From assembly GCA_973851085.1 (NCBI GenBank), contig OZ316776.1, positions 5,642,001 to 5,706,000 of the forward strand: a DNA stretch of 64,000 nt, given 5' to 3'. Source of the DNA: Ptychomitrium polyphyllum (taxonomy: Eukaryota). The notes beneath the pieces were generated by a model, which did no database searches, was not told the DNA's origin, and saw nothing but the letters and a program-made list of their open reading frames with translations. This document shows positions 50,106-64,000 of the stretch, piece by piece; positions within the stretch are counted from its first letter, which is position 1; each line of letters opens with the position of its first letter. Position numbers and translations under genes: made by a program.

Positions 50106-53100
50106 ATGCCGTTAAGCGCTGCATTGTGGCGATTGCTGCCGCCATGGCAGAACCCGAGCAATGGCGCGATTGTCTCCATATGGCCCTGTGTGCCCGGCTT
50201 CCATCGCTGCTTGTTGGGGCTGCACACTCCTACGTGCAAGCTTGTTAAGCAACCTGTGTCTGTAACTGAAGACACGGAGTGTCCTCATAACCACTTGGGG
50301 CAGTTTTGGCTGACAGCGCTTCCTCTGGCGATCATGTTTTCTATTTTGGTGGCAAGTTAACAATCTATACAAAATCATCTTCCATTATCTTATCCTTGTT
50401 TTGGACTGTCTCCTGCTTTCTGTTTATTCCATCCTGCGTCTTGGTTGCAATCTTCCTGTGAGCAGCAATTTTTCAAACCAAGTAGAATCCACGACAAATT
50501 CTACGACCTTATCCGTTCTTGTCCTCCTCTTACCGCCTCTTACTCTCTTTTACGTCTTTGTTTTCGTTGTCTTCGCTGTTCTGCTGATCATGGAATCGAG
50601 ATGACTAGAACTTTATAGATAGCCCTCACTTACAGTGGCGAGGTTTTTTCACCTTTTTTCTTCAAAACAGATCAAAATGTGGTTGTCTTGACCTACTGAT
50701 TACCATTATGTCCTACCACTATGTCCGAAGATTGTGTCTCGAAGAGCGCTGAGCCCTCCTGATTATCTTACATTGCTTTCACTCTTTCATGAAATTGTAG
50801 GACTTAATTGTACTGAATTTGTGCCCGTTGTCTCTGCTGGAACACTTTCCATGGGTTACTGCTGGCGTACAAGCTCGTATAGCCACTCTTTTTAATGTTA
50901 CATAGACGTCGCGCCAGTTAGTTCGTGAGCCAGTGCGACAAAGGTAAGGAGACTTAAACGGCAAAGGCGATTTAAACCAGAACTGTATGGCAAGCCTGAA
51001 CAGAGGACGAATTTCAATGTGTTTTCCAGACACTGATGACTTTAATTTTTGATGTATTGCCAAGGCTTTTAGGACTGGTAGGAGTCAATACCTCAGACGT
51101 CGCTAGGAGCAAAATATTTTTCTCTAAAGTTCATTGCTAGACTCGAGCAGCGCAGACCAGGAACTAAAACGTTTGCACGATTTCTGAAATCTTTTTTTTT
51201 GGACCTACATGTGTACTCACCGATTCTCCTGAAATCTGTCATTGTCAGTGGTACTAGCGGTCTTTTTTTCTGACAAGCAAGCTATGTCTGGATAGAAAGT
51301 TTTGTTTTCTCTCCGTTCTAACTATTGATAATTTGTTGTGCAGGTATCAATAGCAGCACAAGATTTCACCGTGATTGACTCCACTTCAAAAGCACAAATT
51401 CAACCTACAGTAGAACATAGAGTCCATGTAGACCTTCCTGTTAAAGCCACAGTATCGTCTCCATGGAACGTGATAACTGTGAATTTAGGACGTTTTTTCA
51501 GTGTTAGAAGGCTTGATCCTAAATCTTGTAGAAGTTATCAGAGCTCGTCAACAAGGTTTGTGAAAATCCCGACACATGAATCCTCGCCGAGCAAGAAATT
51601 GAAGGCTGAAGGACTGCAGGAACATCTGCAATCATCAGTACAGCAAACTCCTGAATCTTCCAGCAGTTCGAACGCAGGACTTCTGTCGGATTTGATTCCT
51701 CAATCTAGCCAGGGCATGCCTCGTTCTACAGGGTATGGGTTGTTTATTGAAGTTAATCTAATCCCAGATTCGTTTCCGTTCACTAATGTGATAAGTACAT
51801 TGAGAGAAACACGATGGTGCACGTGAGGTTTTCACAATCTATCGCAACAGATATTTATATCTCGGACCTGTTGGCGTGGCGAAACGAAAACAACCCCTGG
51901 TCTACTTCTAAGGTCTTTCTGTGTGCATTTGCTACAGGTTTAGGCAACTCAAAATTCAGGAGCACTTGAATCGTAAGCCATCAATCACAAGGCAGCATAT
52001 GGCAGAGCTTGAAGTCGCAAAGTTCAGGAAATTAATATCGCTTCCAAAAAAAACTTGTTCTGATGCAAGTCAGTGCAGTAATGCAAATTGCGGCCAGGAA
52101 CTCTTGCAAGGAGACCTTTGCAGCGAACGGTTTGTGCATATAGCAATGACCTTGGATGTCAATTATTTTCGTGGTTCTATGGCGGTACGCACCCTTTCGG
52201 TAGATTAGTGTGCTTGTAGCCTTGTGGTCAGTTCTTTTTATTATTGTTCGCATTTCGATCATGCCCGTTGTGGATGACTAACTTATACATGAATGGAAAG
52301 CTTCTTCAATGAAATTGCTTTAAATTTATGTGCGTGTTTCTTTTGCATAGCAATAGTGTACACATTGTTACAAGTGTCACCTTCATTTTCTTTGAGATGT
52401 TCGTGTAGGTCACAGATTTTCGTTACTCAGCAACATATGTGAGTGGCTTTTTTCCTTCTTCACGCAGGCTATTTACTCCATCTTACTGCATGCAGAGTGT
52501 CCGAGCAACATCCGTTTCCACTTTGTAGCAACCAAAGGAAAGGTGAGCCTTATTTGTTTCCTACATTCGTCAAGCTTTTTAGGCAACTTGTTTCATTCAT
52601 CATATCATACTTGTGTCAATTTTGTATTGAAATTTTACAGGAGAAGCTTGAAAAGGTGGTTGCAGAAACACTTCCGTTTCTGCAGTTTCAGACATACCCC
52701 TTCGATGAATCCTCTGTGAAGTCTCGCATTTCACATGCTGTGAGACATGCGTTAGAGGTATCGATCCACTTGTGTTTGTCATTTCCTTTCCTGCGCTGAT
52801 CGTAAACTGTTGCGCTACCTCTTGAGATGTTTTGTGATAGTCATGTATATTGCAGAGGGTTCTTTTACTCTTTCTTTGCAAACTTCTGTCTTCTTAAGGT
52901 GAAATTGTTAGAAAATGTTTGCGCATGTCATAAATGGTTGAATTTAAACCTAGAAGATGCTGTCTCTGAAAAGTATCAGTAATATTCTCGTTGGCGTAAA
53001 CTGGTTGAATTTCATAATAGTTTAATATATTGTTTGTTCAGGAACCCCTGAATTATGCAAGGTTTTACTTGGCACACATGATTGATCCTTGCGTCAAGAG

Positions 53101-55236
53101 AATTATCTACCTCGACTCAGATGTCCTTGTTCTGGACAGGTATGTAAACCCCATACACCATCTCATGATCTTTGATACCGTTCATACCTCAGTGAGCAAC
53201 CTCAAATCCAGCTTCCAGTCGAGTTATTAATGCGCAAATTAATAAGTGTCTCATGTGCTATTTCTCATTAGTTTGATCCAGCACACCCAGTAATTTCCAG
53301 GCTTTGTGTCAGAAGTATCAGTTTGGTTAAAGTCTAAGTTAGGTTCCCTGTTTTGTATAGAATTGAGGAGCTTTGGATGACCAACTTGGGAAATTTTACC
53401 GTGGGTACTCCAGAGTACTGCCATGCGAACTTTCCTTCTGTACGTATCTTCCTCTCTGAATGCGTCTCTTACTCAACTCATTTCTAGATCTCTAAGGAAT
53501 GATCATGGCTTATTACCTTTCAGTATTTGTGAATATTCTATTGCGTGTATAGCGTTCTTAACTCTACAATTTTGTATGCCAGATGATGAGTTTCTGGATA
53601 TTGAGGTTGAGGACTGTGCTAGTGTTGAACGAAGAATATTCTTAGTGTTAATTTAATTGTGCTCACAACCAACTTTCTGTTTGTAATGTTCATAAGTTAG
53701 GGACTTTAGCGAGCTTGATACTTATCTTGCATGCAGAACAGTATTTCACAGAGAGTTTCTGGACAAATTCTACACTTGCATCAACCTTTGCGAAAAAGCG
53801 ACCTTGCTACTTCAATTCAGGGGTAAGTGTTTTGTAAAGCAACTTGCGGCATCCTCTACACTATTCTTTCTTAGGCTTCCTTTTTTCTACCTTGCTATTG
53901 TTAAAAAGACGTACCTCAATTATGAGACCGATTCTCAGATGTTTCGGCGTGTTCTTATGGGACAAAATACTCTCTTAATAATTTGGAATGGTGGTAGATC
54001 CCGCTTTCATGCCCCTCCTTATTTGAAGTTTTGCTTGCTTGCAGATGATGCTGATCAATTTGGACAGATGGCGTAAAACAGAATGCACAGCCATTCTTGA
54101 ATACTGGATGGAGGTTTGTTCACCTCTTAATATTTTTCTCAGGTCATCCGAGATTGCCTTTTTGTAGTGTTGTGAAAGAGGTTTGATTCTTCCTCTCAAC
54201 GGCACTCATTCTCTAGTGATGAAGGTGCGACTCGTGAATTAGAGGTCTTAAAATGAAATTGCAGGAACTGAGAACTAACTCTGACAAAAGATTCGTTCCT
54301 GTGCAGGTGCAGAAGGAGCAGCACATTTATGAGCTAGGCTCCTTGCCCCCGCTTTTGCTCACGTTTGCTGGAGACATCCAGGTACATGCTAAAAGTGTCT
54401 TGAGCCTTTTGATTTTCTATGATTATGCTAGTGTCACATGATTCAGTCATTGTCTCCAAACCACGTTGGTAATTATCACATACTCGACAGGAGTTTTGCT
54501 CTACCGCCTGGCATTTTCCTGACGGTCAAAGAGATCACTATATTTGATATCCTTCATTCAAATATGGTATCAAAAGTGTGAAGGAAGGATGTGCATTTTT
54601 GGTTACAAGGGTTACTTACAGGTTATTGCAAGAATCAAGAACGTAGGAAATGGGTCCATGTGATGTTGCTTTGTTGAAGTGCCAAGTTCAGATAGAGAGT
54701 GCATGTACCTTAATCAGGAGGTGTAATATTTTGCACTAGTTGAATCAGCTGCAGGGTAAGCATTTCTTGAACTTTTCTTGAGCCATTTGCTACTGAATAC
54801 ATAAACGTCAACAATTATCCGAGATTTTGTGCACTACCAGGCTATTGACAGTCGGTGGAACCAACATGGTCTTGGAGGCGACATCCTCAAGGGCGATTGT
54901 AGGTCAGTAATTTTCAGATTTATGTACCTCTTCTTACGGTTTTTCATTCGGCATATTTCTTGTACCGACTGTCAGCTCTTTCTTAGGTTTTAGTCAAGAG
55001 CTTGTAATGTAGTTGGTTAGCTTCTTACTTGATACCTTTGTAACTTTGATTGAAGGCGCTTGCATGGTATTAATGCCATTTCGATTCTGTGGTACAGACC
55101 CACTCGAGATGAACCTGCAAGCTTGCTTCACTGGAGTGGAGGCGGCAAACCATGGCAACGACTAGATACACAACAATCATGTCCAGTTGACAGTATTTGG
55201 GCGCAATATGATCTCCTGGAACCTATTAATCTATAG
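50106..55236 (+). CDS. GT8 galacturonosyltransferase-like (GATL-type) protein; exons 50106-50351, 51344-51732, 51938-52184, 52468-52542, 52641-52757, 53042-53139, 53361-53439, 53742-53822, 54045-54113, 54307-54381, 54841-54902, 55098-55236
   Basis: Motifs [44 protein letters not shown] (DxD), [35 protein letters not shown] and [12 protein letters not shown]. Exon 1 supplies a TM anchor ([16 protein letters not shown]); this exon is less certain. Confidence 0.9.
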
Positions 55237-58200
55237 AAGCCGAGTGAGATTTACAATTCATATAGCATGGTATTGTGGAAGTAGTTGTTTGGTGAAAACG
55301 TTACGTTCTCCAGTGCTCAAATTTGAGATGGAAGGTCGCATAATTAATTAGTTTTGAGAATAACTGGATCAAAATGAATTGTGTAATTCATTAGTGGAAA
55401 GAAAAGGACTGAACTGCAGATTCAGATCAGCTAATGTCCTTCATCTCCTCTTTGGGGTTGTGTTTCATGGTGGGGTGCTCCTCCAAAAATATTGATTTGT
55501 TGGATAGTACATGCTCACAAAAAATCAATTTTTTTGGCTTTTATCATGTGGTAGACATGTCTGACTACCCATATGGGGAAACAATAAAATTTTACGATGC
55601 CTTGTCTATTAAATCCTACATTTACCCAAAGTTATGTGTAGTACTGCAGGAACTCAACCCATTTTGTTATCAATTGTACCCATACCCTGTAAGACTTCTG
55701 AACCAGCAACTACTATTTCATATATGCCCATGCGGACCAAAGTGTCTTTTTTCATGTCATTAGAACTATAATAAATCATTGGAAACTTCTCCAAAGGACC
55801 CATATTGCATACAAAAGAAAGGATGAAAGTTCCCTATACAACATTAGGTGGTTTAAGGTATGACTACAATTGATGCTATTTGAGTACATAACATATTTGA
55901 GTACGCTATATAATGTCTTGATCGTTACAACAAAAATTTCAAAGGCAACTCTACATTAGATGAAAGTAGAAACAAAATAAGCTTAATTTTCTAAATTCTA
56001 AGGTGACTAACTAAAAATTTGCTTTTGTCATTTAAACATGGGATGTAATATTAAAACAAATGCATGTCATGTTCCACATTAGTTTAATGTCATCATGACA
56101 ATAAAAATGACATCAAAATAACATTTGATATAATTTTGATGTGATTTTAAAGTTGTTTTGATATCATTATGGTCTAAGCCATTTTCATGTCATTTGACAT
56201 CATTTTAATTCTATAGACATTTTAATGTTATTTTGGCATCATTTCAACTTATGATCTTGATGTTTGTTTTGTTAAGGAATACTTGATTCTTAGCCATGAA
56301 ATTTGTTATATTGGATCTAATAAGCATTAGCAAGGCTTTGACAATGTTATTTGAAAAATCCGGTATCCTAACTATATTGAATCTTCCCTAACAACAAGCC
56401 TACCTCATATCTTTCTATAAAAATTTCAATTTTATTATGCTCCTTGTAGAATTTCATAGAATTCCATTTAGTTGTAGGTTTCAAATAATTAATTAATTTA
56501 GAGAGTTTCCACCATTGTAGTATTATGAAGAAAATGGCATGGAATTTGTTATAAATCCAAGACATAACCATATTGAGTTCTTTATTCTAATCAATGTTCA
56601 AAATCCACTCAGAGCTTTTTTATTATTGGCGCCAACAATAGCACCAATGGATCTTGATGTAGAATAAAGTTAGAGCCTCCTACTATACCAATGGCAAGGT
56701 CCACCTACTCCATTTAATTCTCTTTGTATCTCATTAACCTTGTTTGTGACCATTAGGGCGAAGTTGTGAACATCTATTTACAAAAGAGATGATATATGTT
56801 TGTTGGTGTTTGGATTTGAGTTTGATATTGTAAGATAGAAACATTTATAATCAACATGTATTTGTTATAACATCTATCTAATCTTTAACAAAATTGCAGA
56901 GTAAATAATTGAATCTTCAAACTTGTAGATGTTTATTCCATGACTACATTATTTTTGAACTCCAACAAGTCATTAAAGTTCATGGAAAAATCCATAAGGA
57001 AAGGTTTATTAAATATAGGATCCTTTTGATTATGGAGATTTAGAACATATATTATGGGGATTTAGAACATATATGTAAGTGAATTCAACAAGTGTACAAA
57101 TGCTCAAATACTAGAAGTGGGGGTTAGAATGCTCTCACCTTAAACATCCGGTGATCAGGTTTGGCTTTAAAAGATTGCTTCAGGCAAGTCTTAGGGAAAG
57201 AAATTTTTCTTTGTCTAATGTTTAGACAGGCACTTGTATCTCAGATTCTTCAAAAAAAAATTCTGCAATTTCATTGACATGAAAATTTCAAAATACGTGC
57301 AACGATATCCTAGGCCGAAGTGATCCAACCAAGTGGCTTTCAAAAACTGATGGCAGTGATGTTCAACTTCGTTTACTAGTTCTTGATCAGTCGTTCCCCT
57401 GTGAGCGGCAACGTTTGGAGGAGAACAGTTTGTTAACTCCCCTGTATTTCTTCAAAGCTCTTCCTGCTTTCATGGGAGCGGTTTTATTGCCTGGTTCAGG
57501 TTCTTTTTGTTTTACGTGCGGCTGTTCTTGTTCATTCCAGAATCAAACAATTCAGCTTACACAATAAAAGATGAAAACCTTGCTAGCTTGTCCTCTTAGG
57601 ATCCTTTCACATGGAGGAAGCAAAAGAAATTTAGTCGTCTCCACAATATAGGGTGACCTTTATTTTATTTTAAGGTGATTCTTGTCTTATTATTAAAAGT
57701 GAACAAAATCCAACCAACCAATAAAATTCCTCTTTTTGTTCAATATAAACACTTCCACATAGTAAAGGCTAAAAGTATAACATTGTTTTCTTCTTGCCAT
57801 GTCAAGATTTTAATTTCTACATAAATTTTTGAACAATCTTCAAATCTCAAATTTATATAAGACTTACCATTCCCAATGCTTACCTTTTTTCTTGTATGAA
57901 GGATGTTTGCATGCAAGAACCAATGAACGTTCTATCTTTTTATATAGATCAAAAATACTCTTCTCATTAGAAAGGATCTTTTATACTTTGCAACTATTTG
58001 ACCATATAAGCTAATTATAATTCTCTCAACATTCAACATTCAATGTCAACTCTTTACTTGAAATTAGATAATAATGGTATCCTATGGTTATGCAATGGTT
58101 ACTTCATTATTGGCATATATGAATTATTTTTAAAAATTGCTTTTGTTGCAAAAGTTTCATTAGAAGATTTATGTAAAACTTATTTACTTTCTCACTAGCA

Positions 58201-61200
58201 AAAAAAAATGCATTTTGTTGTCAAATTTATCAAAATTGAGTTTCTAATTCTAAACTTTTAGCAAATTAGTCAAAGATGAATAAAACATTCTTCTATCAAG
58301 CTATGTATTTTGATCATAAATGAGTTTTTGGATGAAAATTTTTTGCTTTAAATAAGCATATATTTTGTCAAAATAGAAATACATTTTTAATGATGCGCAA
58401 AAAAAGATTCTTGGCGGAATAACTTTACTTATAAAATTTGATTCTCTTGGTTATTATTGAAATTTAAAAGTACTACTTTTATTATAATATTCACATTGAT
58501 TTTGATAAAGGTTTTTCAAAAGAGTATGGAAGTAAAATAGTATAATAAAAATACAACAATATGATATTAATACATTAATAATTTTATAAAAATGTAAATT
58601 TTTGTATCAATTTTATAAACCAATATTGTTCAAATTACTTCTTTCATTTCATTAGGATATTAAAATATTGGTATAGAATACATTATATGTATATTGATAC
58701 AATCATTTTAATTTATTCAAGTTTTTCCAGCTCAAAATTTATTTTAGCTTTTGTATTGAGTTGAACTATCTTTATAATTATAGAGAAATGAATGAAGAAT
58801 GTTGTAAAGGCCTTTAAAAATAAAATTGAAATTTAAAAGAATATCTTATATGTAAAATTATTTATACCAATTAGTTTTAGATTATTTAATTTTTATATTT
58901 ATATATAAATATTTGACATATATTTCATATATGTCTTTACTTGGAGCTACTTCAAAAGTTAAAAATAATTATTATTTGTTGTATTTATCTTTCATATTAA
59001 TTATAATACTTGCATATGATTTTTAGGTTTATAAATGAGATTTAAAAAACTTAATTATATATGTAATAATTTCTTCAATTAATTTATGAAGGCCATCTTC
59101 TTTAACATATATTATTGATTTAAATGGACTAAATATGTAGTAGGGGCTATGAAATACAAAATTTATATGTTTTCAAAAATATATTGAAATTATTATATAT
59201 TCTCACTATACTCTTAAATTTTTTCAAAGTACATCATATCAATGTAATTATTTTCTTCTTTTCATTCAAAGTTATTTAGAAAGATCCTATTTTTAATTTT
59301 AGGATTATTTTGATTTTTAAAATTATATCTTTTAGAATTGATTCATTAATTTAATTGATTATTTTAGAATGTATAAGATGAAGAGTATGTTATTATGCAA
59401 TTTTATTGCAATATTATTGTCACAAGAGAACATATTGGAATTGCAGCACTTAAACACATAAAAACAATTATAACATTCTTTAACAATTGAAGCAGTTCAC
59501 TTTTACTTTACAAAATGAAAATCCAACAACAAATGATATGAAAGGCGTGCAATAGCAAATGAATGAATGCATGGATTATTTTGATAACTTGGCATATAAA
59601 CTTCTTCAAACTATGTATACTAGAATTTTGACAATGGAATGGTAACTTTGAATAATGGAATGAGTCCTTTGAGAGCGGATGTTTGAGAGGAAAGGAAAAG
59701 CTTGAAATAGTTTATTACAATAGTTTACCGTCCTCCCTTTCAGGCAACGGGATGCACCTGTGTGAACGAGGTCTTTTCCAAGTTTAGGGACTAGGCGGAG
59801 GGGATTGGTCCCTGGTTTTTTTGTCTTTTGTGTTTGGTTGCTTTTGGCGGTGGTCCAGCGGGGCCTGTGTGCTCTGCCAGGTGGCTCGCCCCTCCTACCT
59901 AGTCTATTTTCTATTCTCGTTTATTGAAATGTTGGGGACTATCATTTTCATACGTTCCAAGTACAGGGTTTTGAGATCTGCAGTCTGAACATCACTTCTG
60001 ATATATGGCATCCTAGAAGGGGTCCTTTTCAACAGAAACAAGGTGCCCACTTTTTTTCAAACTGTGATGCCTTTGTCCAGGAGTTCTGCCCACAAATTAT
60101 GTTGTCCAGCTTGTACTTTCTGGTTCCCATCAAATATTCTTTAGCGGTCAACCTATTTGTACAGACTATTAGATCAGAGGAATAAAGGGGCTCATCTGTT
60201 TGAATCTAGCCATGTAAGCTCAGCTGTCAAAATTGGCCAAAATATGGTATTGCACACTGCCACTGAAAATCTTGAACAGAAAATAATAGAAGATAAATAT
60301 GTGGTATAACATGACACAAAATGATTACAAAGTAGCCTGGTCTACTGGTTGTGCATCATTATTACCATGGTGGTTTCTTGCAAAACAATGTTGCCTGCAG
60401 CCATCACATTTGCCATGCCTCCATACAAGATCTGGGCAGTTACTTACTTTCAGTTCTAAGGTCACGGTATAACATAACGTTTCAGAATCAGTTCCCCCTT
60501 GTAGAAATCTCTTCCATGACTTCTTTCTATGTAAAGTTATAAAACCATCAATGTGAAATGTGACAGTAAATGTGAAAGCAGTTGTAAATAGTATGGAGTA
60601 CAATTACCAAAAACATAAAGCACTATGCTTCAACAATGTTTTATCCACTGTAACCCAAAAACTGCTCTTAGACTAGTACAAAAACGTATAACAAAAGCTA
60701 TTTAAGAGAAACTTGCCTTCCCCAGGAGCACAGTGAGCAACCGTTTAACGTGCACAGCGCATCGCACACTCTAACGATTAACACCAAGCCAGATACCCGC
60801 CCACGAGGGACCAGCGGGATTCGAACCGACGACCGTTGGAACCCAATACCTCGAGTGTCGCGAGGAAGGGAACAGCGCGTCAGCTGCCTCCGACCTTCCA
60901 AGTCACCGCCTACAGCGGTGGCTTTCATTTTGAAGTCCGAAAGTGTACCGTTGGCCTTCCACAAGCTCGTCATGTACCGTGGTCATGCTCACGGATGACG
61001 GAAATACGTCACGCCGCCTTTCCCGCGCTTGGGCAACTTGGCAGAGACGGCCACGAGACAAGGAGACGAAAGCAAGGGCAGAGGAGGGGCGAGGAGGGCA
61101 AACCCTAGTGCAGTGCTGCGAGAGGTGCTTGTCGAAGTCGTCGCACTGGACGCGTTGCGCTCTGTAGTCTCGGAGGAGCTGCGACGACTGCGGGTTCGGC

Positions 61201-61467
61201 CGAATATTCGAACCGTCATGCGGTTCGTCGGCAGCGCAGTAGTTTTACCCCCCCCCTCGGTTTTGCAGTCTGGCGTCACCAGAAACAGTAACGGAGAAGG
61301 GCGCTCCGTGGGCAGGGAGGAAGGATCCTGGGACGGGGAGTCCGGGGGCGGTAGGGGCGTCGTGCAGGCGTTGGTTGGTTTTCTCGTTAACACTACATGA
61401 TGTGTTGCGTGGAGAGGGTGGCGTGTAGGGCGGAGTGGCGAGGCGACCGTGATGGCGTTTGATCTGC

Positions 61468-61496
<29 letters not shown>
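61468..61496 (+). repeat. (GTT)n microsatellite in the 5' region of the IST1-like gene
   Basis: About 9 consecutive GTT units. Confidence 0.9.
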
Positions 61497-61498
<2 letters not shown>

Positions 61499-61924
61499 TT
61501 GAGGGGTTTGATTGCTGTGGACTTTTGGGCTTCACTAGCGCGGTAGTAGCGTTCGCCGTTTTCTGTTTGGCGGATGATTATGTCTGAGGTGCTCGGAGTT
61601 TGTGCAAGTGTAGACAGGGCTCTCTGTGTTTCGACGTCGCCTGCCATGGTTGTTGTTCTGTAGGGCGCTTGTGAGCTGAGATCTTCCTGTTTAGGTCGTG
61701 GCGGGGATTGTGAGGAGATTGTATTTAGTGTTGTTGTCGTCGTCCTCGTTGTTGTTTCACGTTTTGTCTCGGATCTAGAGACTGCGTTTGTGGTTCTCTT
61801 TCGTGCGCGGGTTTTAGATCTAAGGAGATCTGATTTTTTGACGAGCTTGGTGGTGCGGTTTCCTCGTGCGGGGGGTGGGTTTTTCGAGTGGTGTGAAGTA
61901 GGAAGGGCGACAGCGGACTGAGAA

Positions 61925-63906
61925 ATGAATTCTGTACTTGGAAAGGGCTTTCAACTTGCGAAATGGTAAGGGGCTCGACTGTTGTAGTTCTCGTTTGTTG
62001 TCTTGGATTTACATGATATAGAGTGATTCCTGTAGTTTCGTCAGCATTTTCGCTTCGTCTTTGCTTGATAGATTGCGCGTTGTACATTTTGGTATATTGG
62101 GTTTGTAATCGTTACTCTTTTACGGGGATGAATGAACGGCAAATCCTGTGGAGTCTGCTTGTAATGTGGTGGCAGCCTTCTTGCTTCGTATGTTCTCTCC
62201 TTTGCGGTGTTAGTGACGTCTATGTTCTCCATTTGAACTGTTGGCGCGTTGAAGAATACGTGTAATCTAGTGCGGCATTCGCTCGCCTTGTGTAACTATC
62301 AACTCCTCTTGGAGACCCGGGGCATACTTTTGGTTAGGATTTTATTGACAGTTTTTGATTAAGCTCTGACATTGAGTGTGGGCTGCGGGCGTGGAGGTTG
62401 ATCTGGCCCAGTACGGCTTTTTGTTATGATTTATAAGTTCTCCTCAGAACTGGGCTAGTATTGAGGCACTATGAAGGATATGGGATATCTTTTTGTTCTG
62501 GAATTCCTACGGTTCTGGGCTGTGTCGAATTTTCACATATTAGATTTTCAGCGCCTAGTACGGCTTTTAGAAATTGGAATTTACACGAGATTTAAGTAAA
62601 CCGGTTTTGAAGGGTTACGTCAGATTTGTCCGAGGTTAAATTTTAGTAAGGATTATAATTTAGCTGACATTATGGGGTTGTATACGCGTCAGTTTGAAGT
62701 AACCGGGACGAGAAATCGACTCTCTTGCTATGGACTGAGACTGACGTTTCAAGGCACTATTTTCTGTTTTGCAGCAAAACTTTACTTCGATTAGGGACAG
62801 CTCGAATCAAGTTGCTACGCAACAAGAAAGGAATTCAGATTGTATCAGATAGAAGAGACGTAGCTGATTTTCTTAGGAATGGTCAAGAAAGCAATGCTGG
62901 ATTACGGGTTCGTCCTCTTTTTCGTGCAGTCATGGATCTACATGTTTATTAGGCACCAAATGAAAGACGGTGTTTCTTACTTGTCATCAGCAAAAGATAT
63001 GTACATTTTAAGCTTGTCAATCGTTTCCTCAATTACAGGATGCTTTGAGTGGACGTCTCTTGTTCGATCGTGTTTGGATGGTTTAAGAATTCGAATTTTC
63101 CATAATGGTTCTCATGATTGAATCTGTTGGTTTCAGGTAGAGCACGTTATAAGGGAGCAGAATCTTATTGAAGCTTTTGACTTGCTTTACCTCTATGCTG
63201 AGCGAATAGCTGCACAGCTCCCGGTTATTAACTCTCAAAAGTAAATATTTTGATAACAACTTAGGCTCGAATCTATTTATGTTCATCTTCGGCTATATCA
63301 GTCATATCGTTTCTTAGTTACTCTTTACTTCATTCGGATTCATCGAATTAGCACTCTTTAGTGCTTATATGTTTGATGGCTTGTCTATTTTTTCAGGACC
63401 TGCCCTTCAGAGCTCAAGGAAGATATATCAACACTGCTATTTGCATCCTCAAGATGTGCAGAACTACCCGATTTTGCTCAGATTCGACCTTTGTTTTTAG
63501 CGAAGTATGGAAAGGAGTTTGTGTTAGCAGCAGAAGAATTGCGCCCTGGCTGCGGGGTGAATGGAAGGGTAAGTTGATTTACTTTTCCTTTCTCAGCAGC
63601 CGTTTCTCTTAAATGTTTCGTGTTATTAAGTTTTAGACTTGTGGTTTTGAAATAGCTGTGAGCGGGTCTCTGCTTCTGCTTCTGCTTGTGGCTTGTGTTT
63701 GTTTTTCTATCCCCTTACACTAGAATGAATATGACTTCTAATTAAATGTCATGATTAAGCCGCAGGTTATTGAGAAACTCTCTGTGAGTTCTGTATCTGG
63801 GGAAGCGAAGCTCAAGGTGATGAAGGACATAGCTGCAGAGCATAATGTGGAATGGGATCCAGCTCCTCTTGAGAATGAAATTAGGGTGGTCCCAGACGAC
63901 CTTCTT
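61925..63906 (+). CDS. IST1-like protein (regulator of Vps4, ESCRT-III), 5' part; exons 61925-61965, 62775-62907, 63137-63240, 63397-63568, 63766-63906; continues beyond the window
   Basis: MNSVLGKGFQLAKCKTLLRLGTARIKLLRNKK...RVEHVIREQN...CPSELKEDISTLLFASSRCAELP...KYGKEF...IAAEHNVEWDP matches the Ist1 domain pattern. Confidence 0.92.
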
Positions 63907-64000
63907 GTAAGTGCCTAGATTCTGAATACTGCTGTAATTGCACCGGGTTGGCAGTGTAAGTGCATTAACTAGCAGTGGTTGGTCGCTGGATCTGTGTTAT

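Noticed and set aside
56040..57560. Possible retroelement or organellar fragment
   Set aside because: Only weak hints (tggcgcc, degenerate short repeats); not assignable without a database search.
59720..59930. Telomerase RNA candidate (long closing stem; CCCTAAAC on the minus strand)
   Set aside because: The template-like 8-mer lies outside the stem and on the opposite strand to the G-rich 5'/C-rich 3' layout. The plus strand has an internal T7 run that would terminate Pol III.
60698..61650. Multiple ORFs, including poly-Thr and poly-Asn frames
   Set aside because: Artefacts of the GC-rich leader and the (GTT)n microsatellite of the IST1-like gene.

Overview
Eukaryotic, intron-rich plant nuclear DNA. 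Gene style and the chromodomain-bearing Ty3/Gypsy elements suggest a moss such as Physcomitrium patens (inference). I built all splice models by hand from GT/AG sites and reading-frame continuity. The left gene block holds an INO80 subunit C/IES6 gene, then 268 bp later a plastid-type MutS2, a GPI-anchored GH17+X8 beta-1,3-glucanase and a small RWP-RK protein. The middle (~17.8-37 kb) is an AT-rich island of decayed Gypsy elements. It appears to be one 17-kb outer element (matching ACACA target-site duplication) filled with nested insertions. The right block holds a plant-specific 'PTSPxVTCIGQV' protein, a QALGGH C2H2 zinc-finger gene, an initiator tRNA-Met, an intron-rich GATL-like GT8 and the 5' part of an IST1-like gene. 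The most interesting signals are four: (1) a possible IES6-MutS2 bicistronic or read-through unit; (2) a zinc-finger gene whose frame depends on 10-bp repeat copy number versus retention of a stop-free intron; (3) an initiator tRNA with G50:C64, lacking the purine-64 that is ribosyl-phosphorylated in plants and fungi; (4) a duplication-born micro-exon candidate whose acceptor is supplied by telomere-like repeats.
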